Source: the human T2T-CHM13v2.0 reference genome, Homo sapiens
Assembly (NCBI RefSeq): GCF_009914755.1
Contig: NC_060947.1
Length of the DNA: 64,000 bases
Direction: 5' to 3' (one strand)
The notes under the pieces were generated by a model. That model had not been told where the DNA came from and did no database searches. It worked only from the letters and a program-made list of their open reading frames with translations. This document shows positions 38,430-51,609 of the stretch, piece by piece; within the stretch, counting starts at the first letter, position 1, and every line of letters begins with the position of its first letter. A program made the position numbers and the translations under genes.

Positions 38430-40345
38430 AGGGACACTTGCCTTTTCAATGACCATCTTGTTTGCAATGAGTAAAGGGTCCAGGGGTGGTGGCTTGTAAC
38501 CTGGAGGTTTGAAACATTCTCTACTCCAGTGTCCTTGATTTCTGCAGTTATGTCTGGCCCCCATTCAGTTAGTGTTAGGGGGACAAGCCTTGGGGATATT
38601 AGCTACCAAAAAAGAATGTGCCAATGTTATCATCATGTAATTAGCTTTCTACTTGCATTTTTTTCTTCTCCTATTGAGCCTTTTTTATTTTTGATGTTTC
38701 CTGCCAGTCAGTGTGGCAATTCCTCTGGGATCTAGAACTAGAAATGCCATTTGACCCAGCAATCCCATTACTGGGTATATACCCAAAGGATTATAAATCA
38801 TGCTGCTATAAAGACACATGCACATGTATGTTTATTGTGGCACTATTCACAATAACAAAGACTTGGAACCAACTCAAATGTCCAACAATGATAGACTGGA
38901 TTAAGAAAATGTGGCACATATACACCATGGAATACTATGCAGCCATAAAAAAGGATGAGTTCATGTCCTTTGTAGGGACATGGATGAAGCTGGAAACCAT
39001 CATTCTCAGCAAAGTATCACAAGGACAAAAAATCAAACACCGCATGTTCTCACTCATAGGTGGGAATTGAACAATGAGAACACTTGGACACAGGAAGGGG
39101 AACATCACACACTGGGGCCTGTTTTGGGGTGGGGGGAGGGGGGAGGGATAGCTTTAGGAGATATACCTAATATTAAATAACGAGTTAATGGGTGCAGCAC
39201 ACCAACATGGCACATGTATGCATATGTAACTAACCTGCAGGTTGTGCACATGTACCCTAAAACTTAAAGTATAATAAAAAAAAGAAAAAAAAAAGAAAAC
39301 CTTAAAAGCTGCATTTAATGAAATAGGAGAGGGAGTTTGTGGGCCTTGCTCTAATTTTTGAAGTTTTGGTATGTTGTCTAGGGAAGCCTGACTTATAAAA
39401 CGCAGGGCCAGAATGAATTGGCCATCAGGGATTTGGGGATCTAAATTTAGGTATTTATTCAGGCCCTCCACCAGTCTAGCTTGGAAAATGGTGACGTTCT
39501 TAAATGGCTCCCATATGATTTCTCATAATTTAGCAGAATTAACAGGTTTTATCGCAGCCTTTTTCATTCCTTCTAACAAATGAGTTATCATATAATCTTG
39601 TCTGCCCCTGCCTCTGTTTGGGTGAGCATCAGTGGCCTGGTATTGCCAATTGTGTTCTGTGCTGGGGACTTCTTCTTCCCTGGCTCTATTATCATTGGAA
39701 TTATGAGCATGACCTTCATTTGCCCAAGCTCGAGCTAAAGACCATATGCATGATTTTTCTTCATAGGAACAGCAAATAGTTAATACCATAAATATGTCTT
39801 GCCAGGTTAAATCAAAGGCTATAGTTAGTTAAAACCTGAAATTCTTGTATGAATTTAGAGGCATCCTGGCTAAATGAACACAACATGGATTGAATTTGCA
39901 AAAGATCAGACATGGAAAAAGCAACATGAACTCTGAGTTGTTCCAAATCTCCTTTAGCCACCTTGTGGGGAGACAAAACATTTTTGAGATTTTATGAGGA
40001 CTCTGTACTAGTGGCATAAGTAATTCATGTGTAAGTATATGAGACGGATAAGGTATCTGAATATGGAGGGGGCTGACTGGGGGATGGAGCAGATGGAGAG
40101 GGTGTAGGTAAAGAGGGAGCAAGTTGAGGAGCATGTGATAGGCAAAAGGAAGGATTATCTAAGACATCGGAATCAGGGAGGGAGGAAGAAGTTCTTTGGA
40201 AACATGTGACAATTTTTAGGTAACTTGGGGTTTGGTATGAAGCCAAGAAGACCTGCTTTTTGAGAGTTTGTGCATCAAAATGAGACCAATTTTTTTAAAA
40301 TGCAACCCAGGGGCAATTTGGATGAATCAAAGAATAAACTGAACT
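38430..40345 (-). pseudogene. gag: Decayed class I gag (MA, CA, NC), interrupted by L1PA
   Basis: MA-like PLGCILK..WSHFDAQTLKK (~40257-40316); CA QDYMITHLLEGMKKAAIKPVN and KYLNLDP..FISQA..KLQKLEQGPQTP..AAFKVF; zinc-knuckle relics at 38431-38558. Confidence 0.88.
38706..39299 (+). mobile_element. Young 5'-truncated L1PA3/4-like insertion (ORF2 C-terminus, 3'UTR, poly-A)
   Basis: ORF 38711-39070 PFDPAIPLLGIYPKDYKSCCYKDTC..WIKKMWHIYTMEYYAAIK..HRMFSLIGGN*; G-rich 3'UTR tract 39126-39147; AATAAA plus A-tail. Confidence 0.97.
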
Positions 40346-40992
40346 CACGTTGGTTTTAGATGAGGGACTAAAAGGTCCCTGAGGAATTTCTGAGAAATTC
40401 GGACTTCAGTTTTCCTTTTGGCTCACTCTATTTGGAGGTATCCCACCATGAATAGATGGCCTGTCATTGCCTGGATGACCAGTCCATCTGTGCCTTTATG
40501 TGCATCATCAACTCAAACCTAATGTGAAGAGAAACTTACCCTTACCTTCAGATGTGGTGTCTTTGACAAAGATGAATCCAAAATCGGGGCTGCTACCAAC
40601 TGAGTGTGTCTACGCAGAATTGAGATCACCGCTGTTCATTTCCAAGAAAAGGTTTACAGAGTGTTATAGTGAAAGTGGACTTGCCACCCTAGTGGGCAAT
40701 AGCAAATTAGCTCTTTTGTCTTCAACTTCGGGTAACACTCGGGAGTGGCCTTTGGCTAGAAACTATCAATTGCCAAAGAATATGTAAGCTGGTTCACTGG
40801 AAGTCCAAAAACCGAAAAGAGTCCTGGCCAGTTCCTCAGCCCTAAGGGCAATGACAGACAGGTATCCCTTCTCTAAGGCTTCAGGATCCCGCCGAAGGGC
40901 TGCCTCCGCCAAGGACCTTCAGTTCCCAAGAGTTAAGAACCAGACCACTGAGTGAAGTAGGGAGAAAAAGGAAGAGGAAATTTCCATTAAAG

Positions 40993-41010
40993 TCCCTGTA
41001 CGGACCACCA
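40993..41010 (-). promoter_or_regulatory. Primer binding site complementary to tRNA-Ile(AAU)
   Basis: Minus strand TGGTGGTCCGTACAGGGA, 3 nt after the 5'LTR; 16/18 match to TGGTGGCCCGTACGGGGA. Confidence 0.85.
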
Positions 41011-42745
41011 AGATGTCAGGTGAGGTTTCAGAGTCTCAGCAGCAAAGAGTGTTTGGCTCAAAGATGGTAAAAAGAATTTATCAACAACAATGTAGGTTTG
41101 AAACAGAAAGTTTTATTAGATAGAAAGAACATTGCAGCAGAGTGCAACAGGGCACTTCAGCAAGAGAGAACTAAGTTTACTATGGTGGATTTTCCTTACG
41201 GGTATTTATAGAACTTAAAGCAGGAGCTTAAGGGTAATTTAGACCATATTTGTTATGCAGGTTATGGTAAATGATTACATTTGTACACATTTGTGTACCT
41301 TGATGTTATCAAGGGTTGTACAATGAATTTCAAAATGCATGCATTCCGGAGATGTATAGAAATTCTAGTAACTTGTAATTTTTGAGGAAAGAAGGCTGAC
41401 ACCAGATGCTAGTGTTAGATAATAGGGAAGAATAATTAGTTCTGAATTTCTCAGATAAGAAGTTCTGCCTCCAGATGGTCTGCTTGATGGCCGCTAGGTT
41501 ATCTTTGCTCTCCTCAGACAGTTTTAACGGCAGACTAGGTTGAAGCAGTCAAAAATCAGAAAATACAAAGATGAGTTACTGGGAGTTATTTATTCTAAGA
41601 AGCAGAAAGAAAAAAATTTAATAAAGATTGAGGAAAAGACTAAGCAACTTATAGAATACAATAAAGTGGATCATCATTACCAAATTTCCAGAGGGGCAAA
41701 AGCGATAACCTTATTTTTAAAAAATGGAAGAAAACTTTCCAAATGTGGGGAAGAAAATATATCCTGATTCATGAATTCCCAGGGGCATTACAAATAATGA
41801 ATTCAAAGAGACCCACATCAGAACCCATTATAATCAAATTGTCAAAATTTAAAGATAAGGAGAGTTTTGAAGGAAGCAACAGAATAGTGGCTTGTTATAT
41901 ACCAGGATCGTCCCTTAAGACTATTAGAGGATTTTTCAGCAGAATCTTTGCAAGCCAAAAGGGAGTTAGATAATTAATAGTGTTGAAAGAACAAAAGACA
42001 ATTTTGAAGCAACAATACTATAGCCTACAAATTTTTCCTTCAAAAATGAAGAAGACATAGTCTTTCTCAAACAAAAATGAGAGGGTTTTTTCCCACTAGA
42101 CCTGTCTTACAAGAAATGCTAAAGGAGTGATTCAAGTCTAAATAGAAAGGCACTAAGAATCATCATGAAAGCCTAAGAAAGTATAAAACTAATAGACAAA
42201 GGTAAGTGTGTGGACAAAAAGGAATATTTTACTACTATAGCAGCAGTGAGTATATTGATTGTAATTCTACCTTAAAAGTTAAAATACAAAAATATTTAAA
42301 ACAACTATAACTAAATTGCATAAATTAATTGAATAATAAAATAATTAAAAATTTAGAAAATAATAGTGTATAATGTGGGGGGATAAGAGGTAAAACCAGA
42401 AAGTTTTTGCATATAAGGAAAATGAATTTGTTAGCTTAAAATGGACTGTTATAAAAAAGATGTTTGATTTAAGTCCCTTGGTAACCACACAAAAACTAAA
42501 TAACCGTAGAAACTACATAAAGGGAAACTATTTTTAAATGACATGAATGTATCAAAATCTAGCAATACAAATGCTATTATCATCAACAAAATAAAAGGAA
42601 AATAACAAGAGAGTAAAGAAAGGGCCAAATCACAACAAGAAAAAACAGGATTCACCTGTTGGCTGTCTATAGGACACTCACTTTAGATTAAAGATATTAT
42701 AGGCTGAAAGGCAAGGTTGAAAGTGAAGAAGTGAATAGAAAAAAG

Positions 42746-45398
42746 TAGCACTGTTCTTGCTACAAAAAGACCTTACACTCAGTAGTTTATAAATAATAAC
42801 AATTTTTTTCTCACCAACTGGAGACTGGGAAGTCCCAGATTAAGGTTCTGGCTTTGATATTTGGTGAAGGCATGCTCTCTGCTTCAAATATGGTGATTTG
42901 TTGCTTTATCCTCACTTGGAGAAGGCTCAAAGGGCAAAAATGGAACCAGGTTGCTCTGTTCAACCTCTTTTATAAGAACAGTAATCCCATTTATGAGAGT
43001 GGAGTACTCATAAATTAATCACTCCCCCAAAAGCCCCACTTCTAAATACTGTTATTTCAAGTATTCGGTTCCAACACATACGTACATTAAAATAAGAGCA
43101 TTCCACCACTGGTCCCCCCAAAATCTAAGTCATTCTTATATGTGAAATACATTCATCCCATTCCAATAACCCCAAAAGTCTTAACTTGTTTCAGCATTAA
43201 CTCAAAAGTTTAAAATCAGTTCTTGATTACATGTGCAAGATGTACAGGTTTCTTACATAGGTAAATGTGTGCCATGGTAGTTTGTTGCTCAGATCAATCC
43301 ATCACCTAGGTATTAAGCCCAGCATCCATTAGTTATTCTTCCTGATGCTCTCCATTTCCCTGGTACCCTGACAGTCCCCAATTTGTGTTGCTCCCCACCA
43401 TGTGTTTATGCATTCTCATTGTTCAGCTCCCACTTATAAGTAAGAATATTCAGTATTTAATTTTCTGTTCCTGAGCTAGTTTGCTGAGAATAACAGCTTC
43501 CAGCTCCACCCATGTCCCTGCAAAGAACATAATCTCATTCCTTTTTGTGGCTGCATAGTATTCTATGGTGTATATGTACCACATTTGCTTTACCCAGTCT
43601 ATAATTGATGAGCACTTGGGTTAATCCCTTGTCTTCACTATTGTGAATAGTGCTGCAATAAACATACACATGCATGTATCTTTATAACAGAATAATTTAT
43701 ATTCCTTTGGGTATATATCCAGTAATGTGATTGTTGAGTCAAATTGTATTTCTGTTTCTAGATCTTTGAGGAATTGCCACACTTGTCTTCCACAGTGGTT
43801 GAACTAATTTACATTCTCACCAACAGTGTAAAATCATTCCTGTTTCTCCAGAACCTCACCAGCATCTGTTGTTTCTTGGCTATTTAATAATTGCCATTCT
43901 GACAGGTACCAGATGGTATCTCATTGTGGTTTTGATTTGCATTTCTGTAATGATCAATGATGGTAAGCTTGTTTTCATATATTTGTTGGCTGCATGAATG
44001 TCGCCTTTTGAGGAGCATCTGTTCATGTACTTTGCCCTTTTTTTATGGGGTTGTTTGTTTTTTTCTTGTAAATCTGTTTAAGTTATTTGTAGAATCTGGA
44101 TATTAGACCTTTGTCAGTGGAAAGATTGCAAAAATGTTCTCTGATTCTGTAGGTTGTTTGTTCATTCTGATAATAGTTTCTTTTGATGTGCAGAAGCTCT
44201 TTAGTTTAATTAGATCCCATTTGACAATTTTTGCTTTCATTGCAATTGCTTTTGGCTTTTCGTCATAAAATATTTGCCCATGCCTATGTCCTGAATAGTG
44301 TTGCACTAAATTTTCGTCTAGGATTTTATTGTTTTGGGTTTTACATTTAAGTCTTTAATCCATCTTGGGTTAATCTTTGTATATGGTGTAAGAAATAGTT
44401 CCATTTTCAATTTTCTGCATAGGGCTAGCCTGTTCTTCCAGCCCCATTTATTAAATAAGAAGCCATTTCCCCATTGCTTGTTTTTGTCAGGTTTGTCAAA
44501 GATCAGATAGTTGTAGGTGTATGGTCTTATTTCTGAGTACTCTATTCTTTTCCATTGGTCTATGTGTCTGTTCTTGTACCAGTACCATGGTGTTTTGGTT
44601 ACTGTAGCCTTATAGTATAATTTGAAATTGGGTAGTGTGAGGCCTCCAGCTTTGTTCTTTTTGCTTATGATTGTCTTGGTTACATGGGCTCTTTTTTTGG
44701 TTTCATATGAATTTTAACGTAGTTTTTTTTTTAATTCTGTGAAGAATGTCAATGGCATTTTAATGGGAATAGCATGGAATCTAAAATGTACTTTGGGCAG
44801 TATGGCCATTTTCAAGATATTGATTCTTCCGATCCATGAGGCTAAAATCAGATTTTTGTGGCTCTACAGTATGGAGTCTTGGGGTTGGCATCATATCCAT
44901 AGCTACACTTAGCATTATCCTATTTGGGCTCCCTGAAGCAGATCCACATCTGCATCTCCACTAGGCATTGGCCTACTTAGGGCTGTCTGCACAGTGGCCT
45001 CAACCCCGCAGCAGTTCTCTGCGTGGGTCCCTAGGCTATTGGAAAATTCCTTTGAATTTTCTAATATAACATAATAACACCTATAAAGTTAGCACCACAT
45101 GGAAGCTGCCAAGATTTATAGCCTGTACTAACCTGTACTTTTTGGAGGGGTAGGGCTCACTCTATGCTTGCAAGATGGCATCTTGTTGCTGTGTCTTCAT
45201 TTAATGGAAGGCAGAAGGGCAAAAGAAGACTATAGCACTTCTTCAGCCTCTTTTGTAAGAGCATTAATCTCATTCATAAGAGTGGAGTCCTTATAACTTA
45301 ATCACTTCCCAAAAAGCCTAAACTGTTAATATTATCATATTGGGTATTATGTTCCAACATATACATTTTAAAGGAACACATACATTCAGACTACAGCA
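42746..45398 (-). mobile_element. MSTC/MSTD/MLT1A-type MaLR with two LTRs (42746-43100, ~45140-45398) and deleted internal remnant
   Basis: Two homologous LTR segments (aagggcaaaa..cctctttt..aaga..taatc.cattt/cat..gagtggagt); MaLR-int 3' end ccccaaaagtcttaac; ends ACATTCAGACTACAGCA. Confidence 0.8.
43218..44842 (-). mobile_element. 5'-truncated L1PA8-10-like insertion within MaLR internal region
   Basis: Antisense 3'UTR tacatgtgcaagatgtacaggtt..cctaggtattaagcccagcat; ORF2 peptide KAKIVKWDLIKLKSFCTSKETI. Confidence 0.92.
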
Positions 45399-47366
45399 AA
45401 AGGAAAATATATTCCATAAATGGTAAACAAAGAAAATGAGGAGGGGTTATTTTTTAATAGACAAATTACACATTAAGTCAAATCCTGTCTCTAGAAGCAA
45501 AAGGTTATCATATAATAATAAAAGGAAGGAGATATAGCAATTGTAAATACATACACCCCAAATCAGGACACCTAAATATATAGAAAAAATATTGACATCT
45601 GAATGAAAAAAAGTGATAGCAATAAAATAGTAGTAATTGATTTTAGTACCCCACTTTCAATAATACATAGAATCTTCAGACAGAGAATCAATTTTAAAAA
45701 TCCAGCAAACTTGGAAAATACTATAAACCTAACAACAGAAAAATCCACATTCTGCACAAGAGCACACAGGACATTTTCAATGATAGATCACATTAGGTCA
45801 CAAAACACGTCTTAACATATTTAAGTAGATTGAAGTTGTCTTAATAATTTTAGAGCAAATAGAATAAAACGAGAAACAATAAAAAGAAAAGGAGAATATT
45901 CACAAATAGGTGGAAATTGAATTACACTATTTTGAATGATTGCCAGGTCAATGAGGAAATAAAAAAACAGAAATTTTATAAATATCTTCAGAAGAACATA
46001 AAAAGCAAACACAATGTAAAACATGAGAAATGCAAAAAATAATAATATGAATGTTTATAATAATAAATACCTACATTCAAGAAAAAGATCTGAAATAAAC
46101 AACTTAATTTTATACTTCAATAAAATTTAAAATAAACTAAGCTCAAAATTAACAGAAGCCAAAAAATAATGAATATAAGATCAGAAAAAATTCAAATACG
46201 CAATCAAAATCTATAGAAAAAATAAAACTAAAATATAAAGAAACTCAACATGTTCTTAGAAAAACTAAGAAGATAGTTTAAATAAAATAAAAATGAAAGA
46301 AGAGATGTTAGTTACAACTATCAAATAAAAATAAAGAATCATGAGGGACTATTATGAACAGCTATATGCCAAAAAACTGAATAACCTAGAGTAAGTAGAT
46401 AAATTTCTAGAAACATATTCCCTATCAAGACTACATCAAGAAGAAAAAGAAATCCAAAACAGGCCAATAACAAATAAGGAGACTGAAGTGGTAATTAAAA
46501 TCCTCCTAACAAAGAAAGCACAGTACCATAGGGCTTCACAGCTTAAATTCTACCAAAGAATTCAAATACTTAATTCCAGTGCATATTAATATTTCACCAA
46601 AAAAAGTAGAGGAAATACTTCTTAATTCATTTAATGAGGCCACCATTGCCTGAATACCAAAGCCAAAGACCACTCAAGTGAAGAAAACTACAGGTAAATA
46701 GCTCTATTAAACATAGATGCCAAAATCTTCAATAAAAATATTAGCAAATTGTATTCAACAACATTTCTAAAAGAGTATACACTCTAACAAATTAGGGTAT
46801 ATCCTGGGGTTGCAAGGTTGTTTTAACATATTAAAATAAATGTGATATGCTACATTAACAGAATAGAAGATAACCACATGATCACATAAATAGAAGTAGA
46901 GAAAGCATATGACAAAGTTCAACATACTTTTATGATAAGAACTCTCAATAAAATAGGTATAGGATACATATTTCTTAATATAATAAAAGCCAATTATAAA
47001 ATACCTAAAGTTAATATCATGATCAATCATGTAAAACTGAAAGATTTAAATGTAAGATCTGGTAAAAGTCAAGGATGCCCACTCTCACCACTTCTGTTCA
47101 ACATATTAATTTAATAGAAGTTTTAGCAAGAGCAATGAGACATGCTAAAAAAGAATAAAAGGCATCCAAATTATAAAAAATAATATTATCTCTTTGCAGA
47201 TGACATGATTCTATATGTAGAAAGCCCTAAACGATTTTCCTAAGATTGTTAGAACTAGTAAATAAACTTAGTAAATTAGTACAATACAAAATCAACCTCC
47301 AAAAATCAATTGCATTTCTTTATACCAATAACTATTTATCTAAAATATATATCAAGAGAACAATCC

Positions 47367-50300
47367 TGCTATGTTTTTAATATATTTTCTCCAAAATTCA
47401 GGAGTTACCAATATGATAACAATAAGAAGTGGGACATCAAAGACATGATTAGGTCATGAAGTCTCCTCCGTCATGACAGGGATTAGGTGAATTTATAAAG
47501 GGTCTTGATGGAGGAAGTTGGAACTCTCTTGTCCTCTGCCTTCTGACATGTGAAGACACAGCAAGAAGGCCCTCACCAGATGTCATTACTTAATCTTGAA
47601 CTTCACAACTTTCAGAAGTTTAAAAAAATAAATTTATTTTATTTTTATACACTATCCAGTCTTAGGCATTTTGTTGTGGCAGCATGAACAATGGCAGTAA
47701 CTGATATCAGAAATAGGAAGTACCTATAACAAACACCTAAATATGTGAAAGCATTACTAGAACTAAGTAATAGGTAGAGAATGAAAGAGTTTTGAAGTGT
47801 ATGCTGAGAAAAGTTTACATTACTATAAATGGTGCATTAGGAGCAATTATGGTGAGGACTCAGAAGAAGAGAAGAGAAAGGAAAGCCTCATTCTCCTTAG
47901 AAATGACTTAAGTGATAGTCTTCTTTGGGATCTTTCTTAGGGTTTTCTATATATAGGATCATGTCATCTGCAAAGAGATAATGTTATTTCTTTTTTTTTC
48001 ACTTTGGATATCAAAAAAATCTTGGCCAAATTATGTATGCCCTAATACGTTGTCAAAGGAAAAATTCAAGAGCAATAATCTACGATATTTGGCAGAAAAT
48101 AATTTCTAGGTATCAAGCATTTTGGATGATGCATGGCTTCCCTTAACTGTTCATAAAGAATGTGAAAAGATGGCAATTATTTAAGGCAAACATAAAGATT
48201 TGAAAAATTCTTGGCCTGGTCATGTAAAGAATAAAAAATCCTGTTGAAATGAGAAAACCAAGGGTTTCTCCAAGGGACCATCTGATAAGGAGATTAGTAT
48301 GGCTAGAAGGAAGTCAGGGGTTATTCATCAAAATAATTAGAAAATGGCTCCTCAAACAATTTGAAGGTCTTTGAGGCAGCCACATCCATCACAGGACAAG
48401 AGTGCTAGAGCTTTGGAGGCAGAAAGATTTTAAGGGAAGGTACCAAGGTGCCCAGTGGCACTTTAAGGTTTGCTGCCTATGGCTGCCTCAGTTTTCTGCT
48501 CCCCACACTGCAGTGCAGTACTCCTCAGCTACTGTATTAGTTTGTTCTCATGCTGCTATTAAAGACTTATGCAGAATGGATAATTTATAAAGGAAAGAGG
48601 TTAAGTGGACTCACAAGTTCGCATGTCTGGGGAGACCTCACAGTCATGGCAGAAGGCAAGAAAGAAGCAAAGTCACATCTTGCATGGCAGCAGGCAAGAG
48701 AGCTTGTGCAGAGGATCTTCCCTTTATAAAGACATCAGATCTTATGAGACTTATTTACTACAATGAGAACAGTATGGGGGAAACCAACCCCATGATCCAA
48801 TTATTTCCCACCAGGTTGCTCCCATGACACATGGAAATTATGGGAACTACAATTCAAGATGAGATTTAGGTGGGAACACAGCAAAACCATATTATTCCAC
48901 CCCTGGTCTCTCCTAAATCTCATGTCCTCACATTTCAAAATCAACCATGCCTTTCCAACAATTCCCCAAAGTTTTAACTCATTTCTGCATTAACTCAAAA
49001 GTTCACAGTGCAACATCTCATCTGAGAAAAGGCAATTTCTTTCCATGTATGAGCTGATAAAAATCAAAAGCAAGTTAGTTACATTCTACATACAATGGGA
49101 GTAAAGGCATTGGGTAAATACACCCATTCCAAATGAGACAAACTGGCCAAAACAAAGGGGCTACAGGCCCCATACAAGTCCAAAATTGAGCAGGGCAGTC
49201 AAATCTTAAAGCTCTAAAATAATATCTTTTGACTCTATGTCTCACATCCATGTCACATTGATGCCAGATGTGGGCTCCCATGGCATTGGGAAGCTCCGCT
49301 GTTGCGGCTTTGCAGGGTACAGCTCCCCTTCTGTCTGCTTTCATGGACTGGCATTGAGTGTCTGTGGCTTTTCCAGGTGCACGGAGCAAGTTATTGGTGG
49401 ATCTACTATTCTGGAGTCTGGAGAACGATGGCCCTCTTCTCACAGCTCCAATAGGCAGTGACTCAGTGGGACCCTGTGTGGGGGTCTAGCACCACATTTC
49501 CTTTCTGTACTGCCTGAGCAGAAGTTCTCCATGGGGGCTCCACTCCTGCAGCAAACTTCTGACTGGACATCTATGAATTTCTATACATCCTCTGAAATCA
49601 AGGTAGGGGTTTCCAAACCATTCTTGACTTCTGTGCACCCGCAGGCCAAACACCACATGTAAGCCATTAAGACTTGGGACTTGTGCCCTCTGAAGCCATG
49701 GACTGAGCTGTACCTTGGACCTTTTTCACCAAAGTTGGAGCAACTGGGACACAAAACACCAAGTCCTTAGGCTGCACACAGCAAGAGGGCCCTGGGCCTG
49801 ACCCAGGATACCGTTTATTTCTCCTAAACTTCCAGGTGTGTGATGGGAGGGGCTGCTGTGAAGGTCTCTGACATTCCCTGAAGACATGCTTCCCATTGTT
49901 TTGGTGGTTAATATTAAGCTCCTTGTTACTTACACAAATTTCTGCAGCTGGCTTGAATTTCTCCCCTGAAATGACTTTCTTTCTTTTTTATCACATTGTC
50001 AAGTTGCAAATATTTCAAACTTTTATGCTCTCTTTCCTCTTGAATGCTTTGCCACTTACAACTTTCTTCCACTAGATATCCTAAATCATCTCTCTTGTGG
50101 AGTTCAAACCTCCACAAATCTCTAGGGTAGAGTCAAAATGCCATCAGTTTCTTTGATAAAACATAGAAAGAGTCACCTTTATTCTAGCTCCCAACAAGTT
50201 CCTCATCTCACTCTGAGACGACCTCAACATGGACTTCATTGTCCATATTCCTATCAGCATTTTTGTCAAAGCCATTCAACAAGTCTCTAGGAAGTTCCAG

Positions 50301-51609
50301 ACTTTCCCACATCTTTCTGTCTTCTCCTGAGCCCTTCAAACTGTTCTGACCTCTGCCTGTTACTCAGTTGCAAAGTTGCTTTCACATTTTCAGGTATCTT
50401 TACAGCAACACCCCACTCTACCAGTACCAATTTACCTTATTAGTCTATTCTCATACTACTAATAAAGACATATCTGAGACTGGGTAATTCATAAAGGAAA
50501 AAGGTTAAATGGGCTCACAGTTCCACATGGCAGAGGAGACCTCAAAATCATGGCAGAAGGCAAAAGAGAAGCAAAGGCATGTCTTACTTGCTGGCAGGCA
50601 AGAGAGCTTGTGCAGGGGAACTCTTGTGAACTCAGATCTTGTGAGACTTATTTACTACTTTGAGAACATTATGGAGAAAACCAACCTCATGATTCAAATA
50701 TCTGCCACCAGGTCCCTCTTTCGATATGTGGGAATTATGGAAACTACAATTGAATATAAGATTTGGGTAGGGACATAGCCAAACTATATCAACTGCTCCA
50801 ACTTCAGCTATGGTGGACCCAGGTGCAGATAAGACTGACACTCTGAAGCATACAAGCAGTGAGCATTAACAGCATTCATATGGTATTAATTCTTTAGGTG
50901 TGCAGAGTACACAAGTTGTGGAGGCATGTCTGCCTCTACCTATATTTCAAAGGATACCCTTAAGAGCCTTGGGGCTTAGGCAGAGACCTCTCAGATGGGC
51001 AGAGCTTCTGTAGATGGCCCTCACAACCCAGAACTATAGAGCAACCAGCATACTGCAGAAGCCTGGGAAAGTGCATACATGCAATTGTAATGCATAAGAG
51101 CTAAAGTGTAGGCTGCACACAGCAAAGCCAAGGGAGTGGGGATCCCCAGGTCCTTGGAGGCCCAACCTCTGTCCTGTGCATCCAAATGGTAATATATGCA
51201 GTCAAAAAATATTATATTCAAGCTTTCAGATTTAATGTGGTCTGTTATGTTGCTTTTTTGTTTTGTTTTGTTTTTTACTTACTAAATATATATTACTCCT
51301 TTCTTCTTTTCTATTTCTCTCTTTTGGGATACAATTATATATTCTATTTCTGTTCCACTACTGAATATTTGAATTCCATAACTCGTTTGATTTCAAAGGC
51401 TCACAGGTGGAAAAAAAAAAAAAAACCTTTGCCTGAGTATAAACTGTGCCCTGAGTCTCAACCATAGCTGATTTAGATAAAACTTTGGCCTTAGACTTTG
51501 GAGTTGATGGTAAACTGAGTGAAGAATCTTTGAAGCTATTGTAATTAAATAAATTTATCTTGTCTTTGAGTAGAACAAATTTTTGGAGGCCAGTAGAAGA
51601 ATGTGGTTT
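47367..51609 (+). mobile_element. MSTD/MLT1A-type MaLR: 5'LTR 47367-~47697, internal region split by THE1, 3'LTR lost after ~51609
   Basis: TGCTATG start, gtgaagacacagcaagaaggccctcaccaga; MaLR-int motifs (ggtgaggactcagaagaag, ggaggcccaacc, ttttggaggccag purine tract). Confidence 0.8.
48533..50791 (-). mobile_element. THE1B/C full-length element: LTRs 48533-48894 and 50436-50791
   Basis: Reverse complement of the THE1 architecture at 4549 and 13450; degenerate TSD GCTAC/ACTGC. Confidence 0.93.

Noticed and set aside
39126-39147. G-quadruplex-forming tract
   Set aside because: Standard, well-described feature of L1PA 3'UTRs
40993-41010. tRNA-like sequence
   Set aside because: Only the 18-nt retroviral PBS, not a tRNA gene
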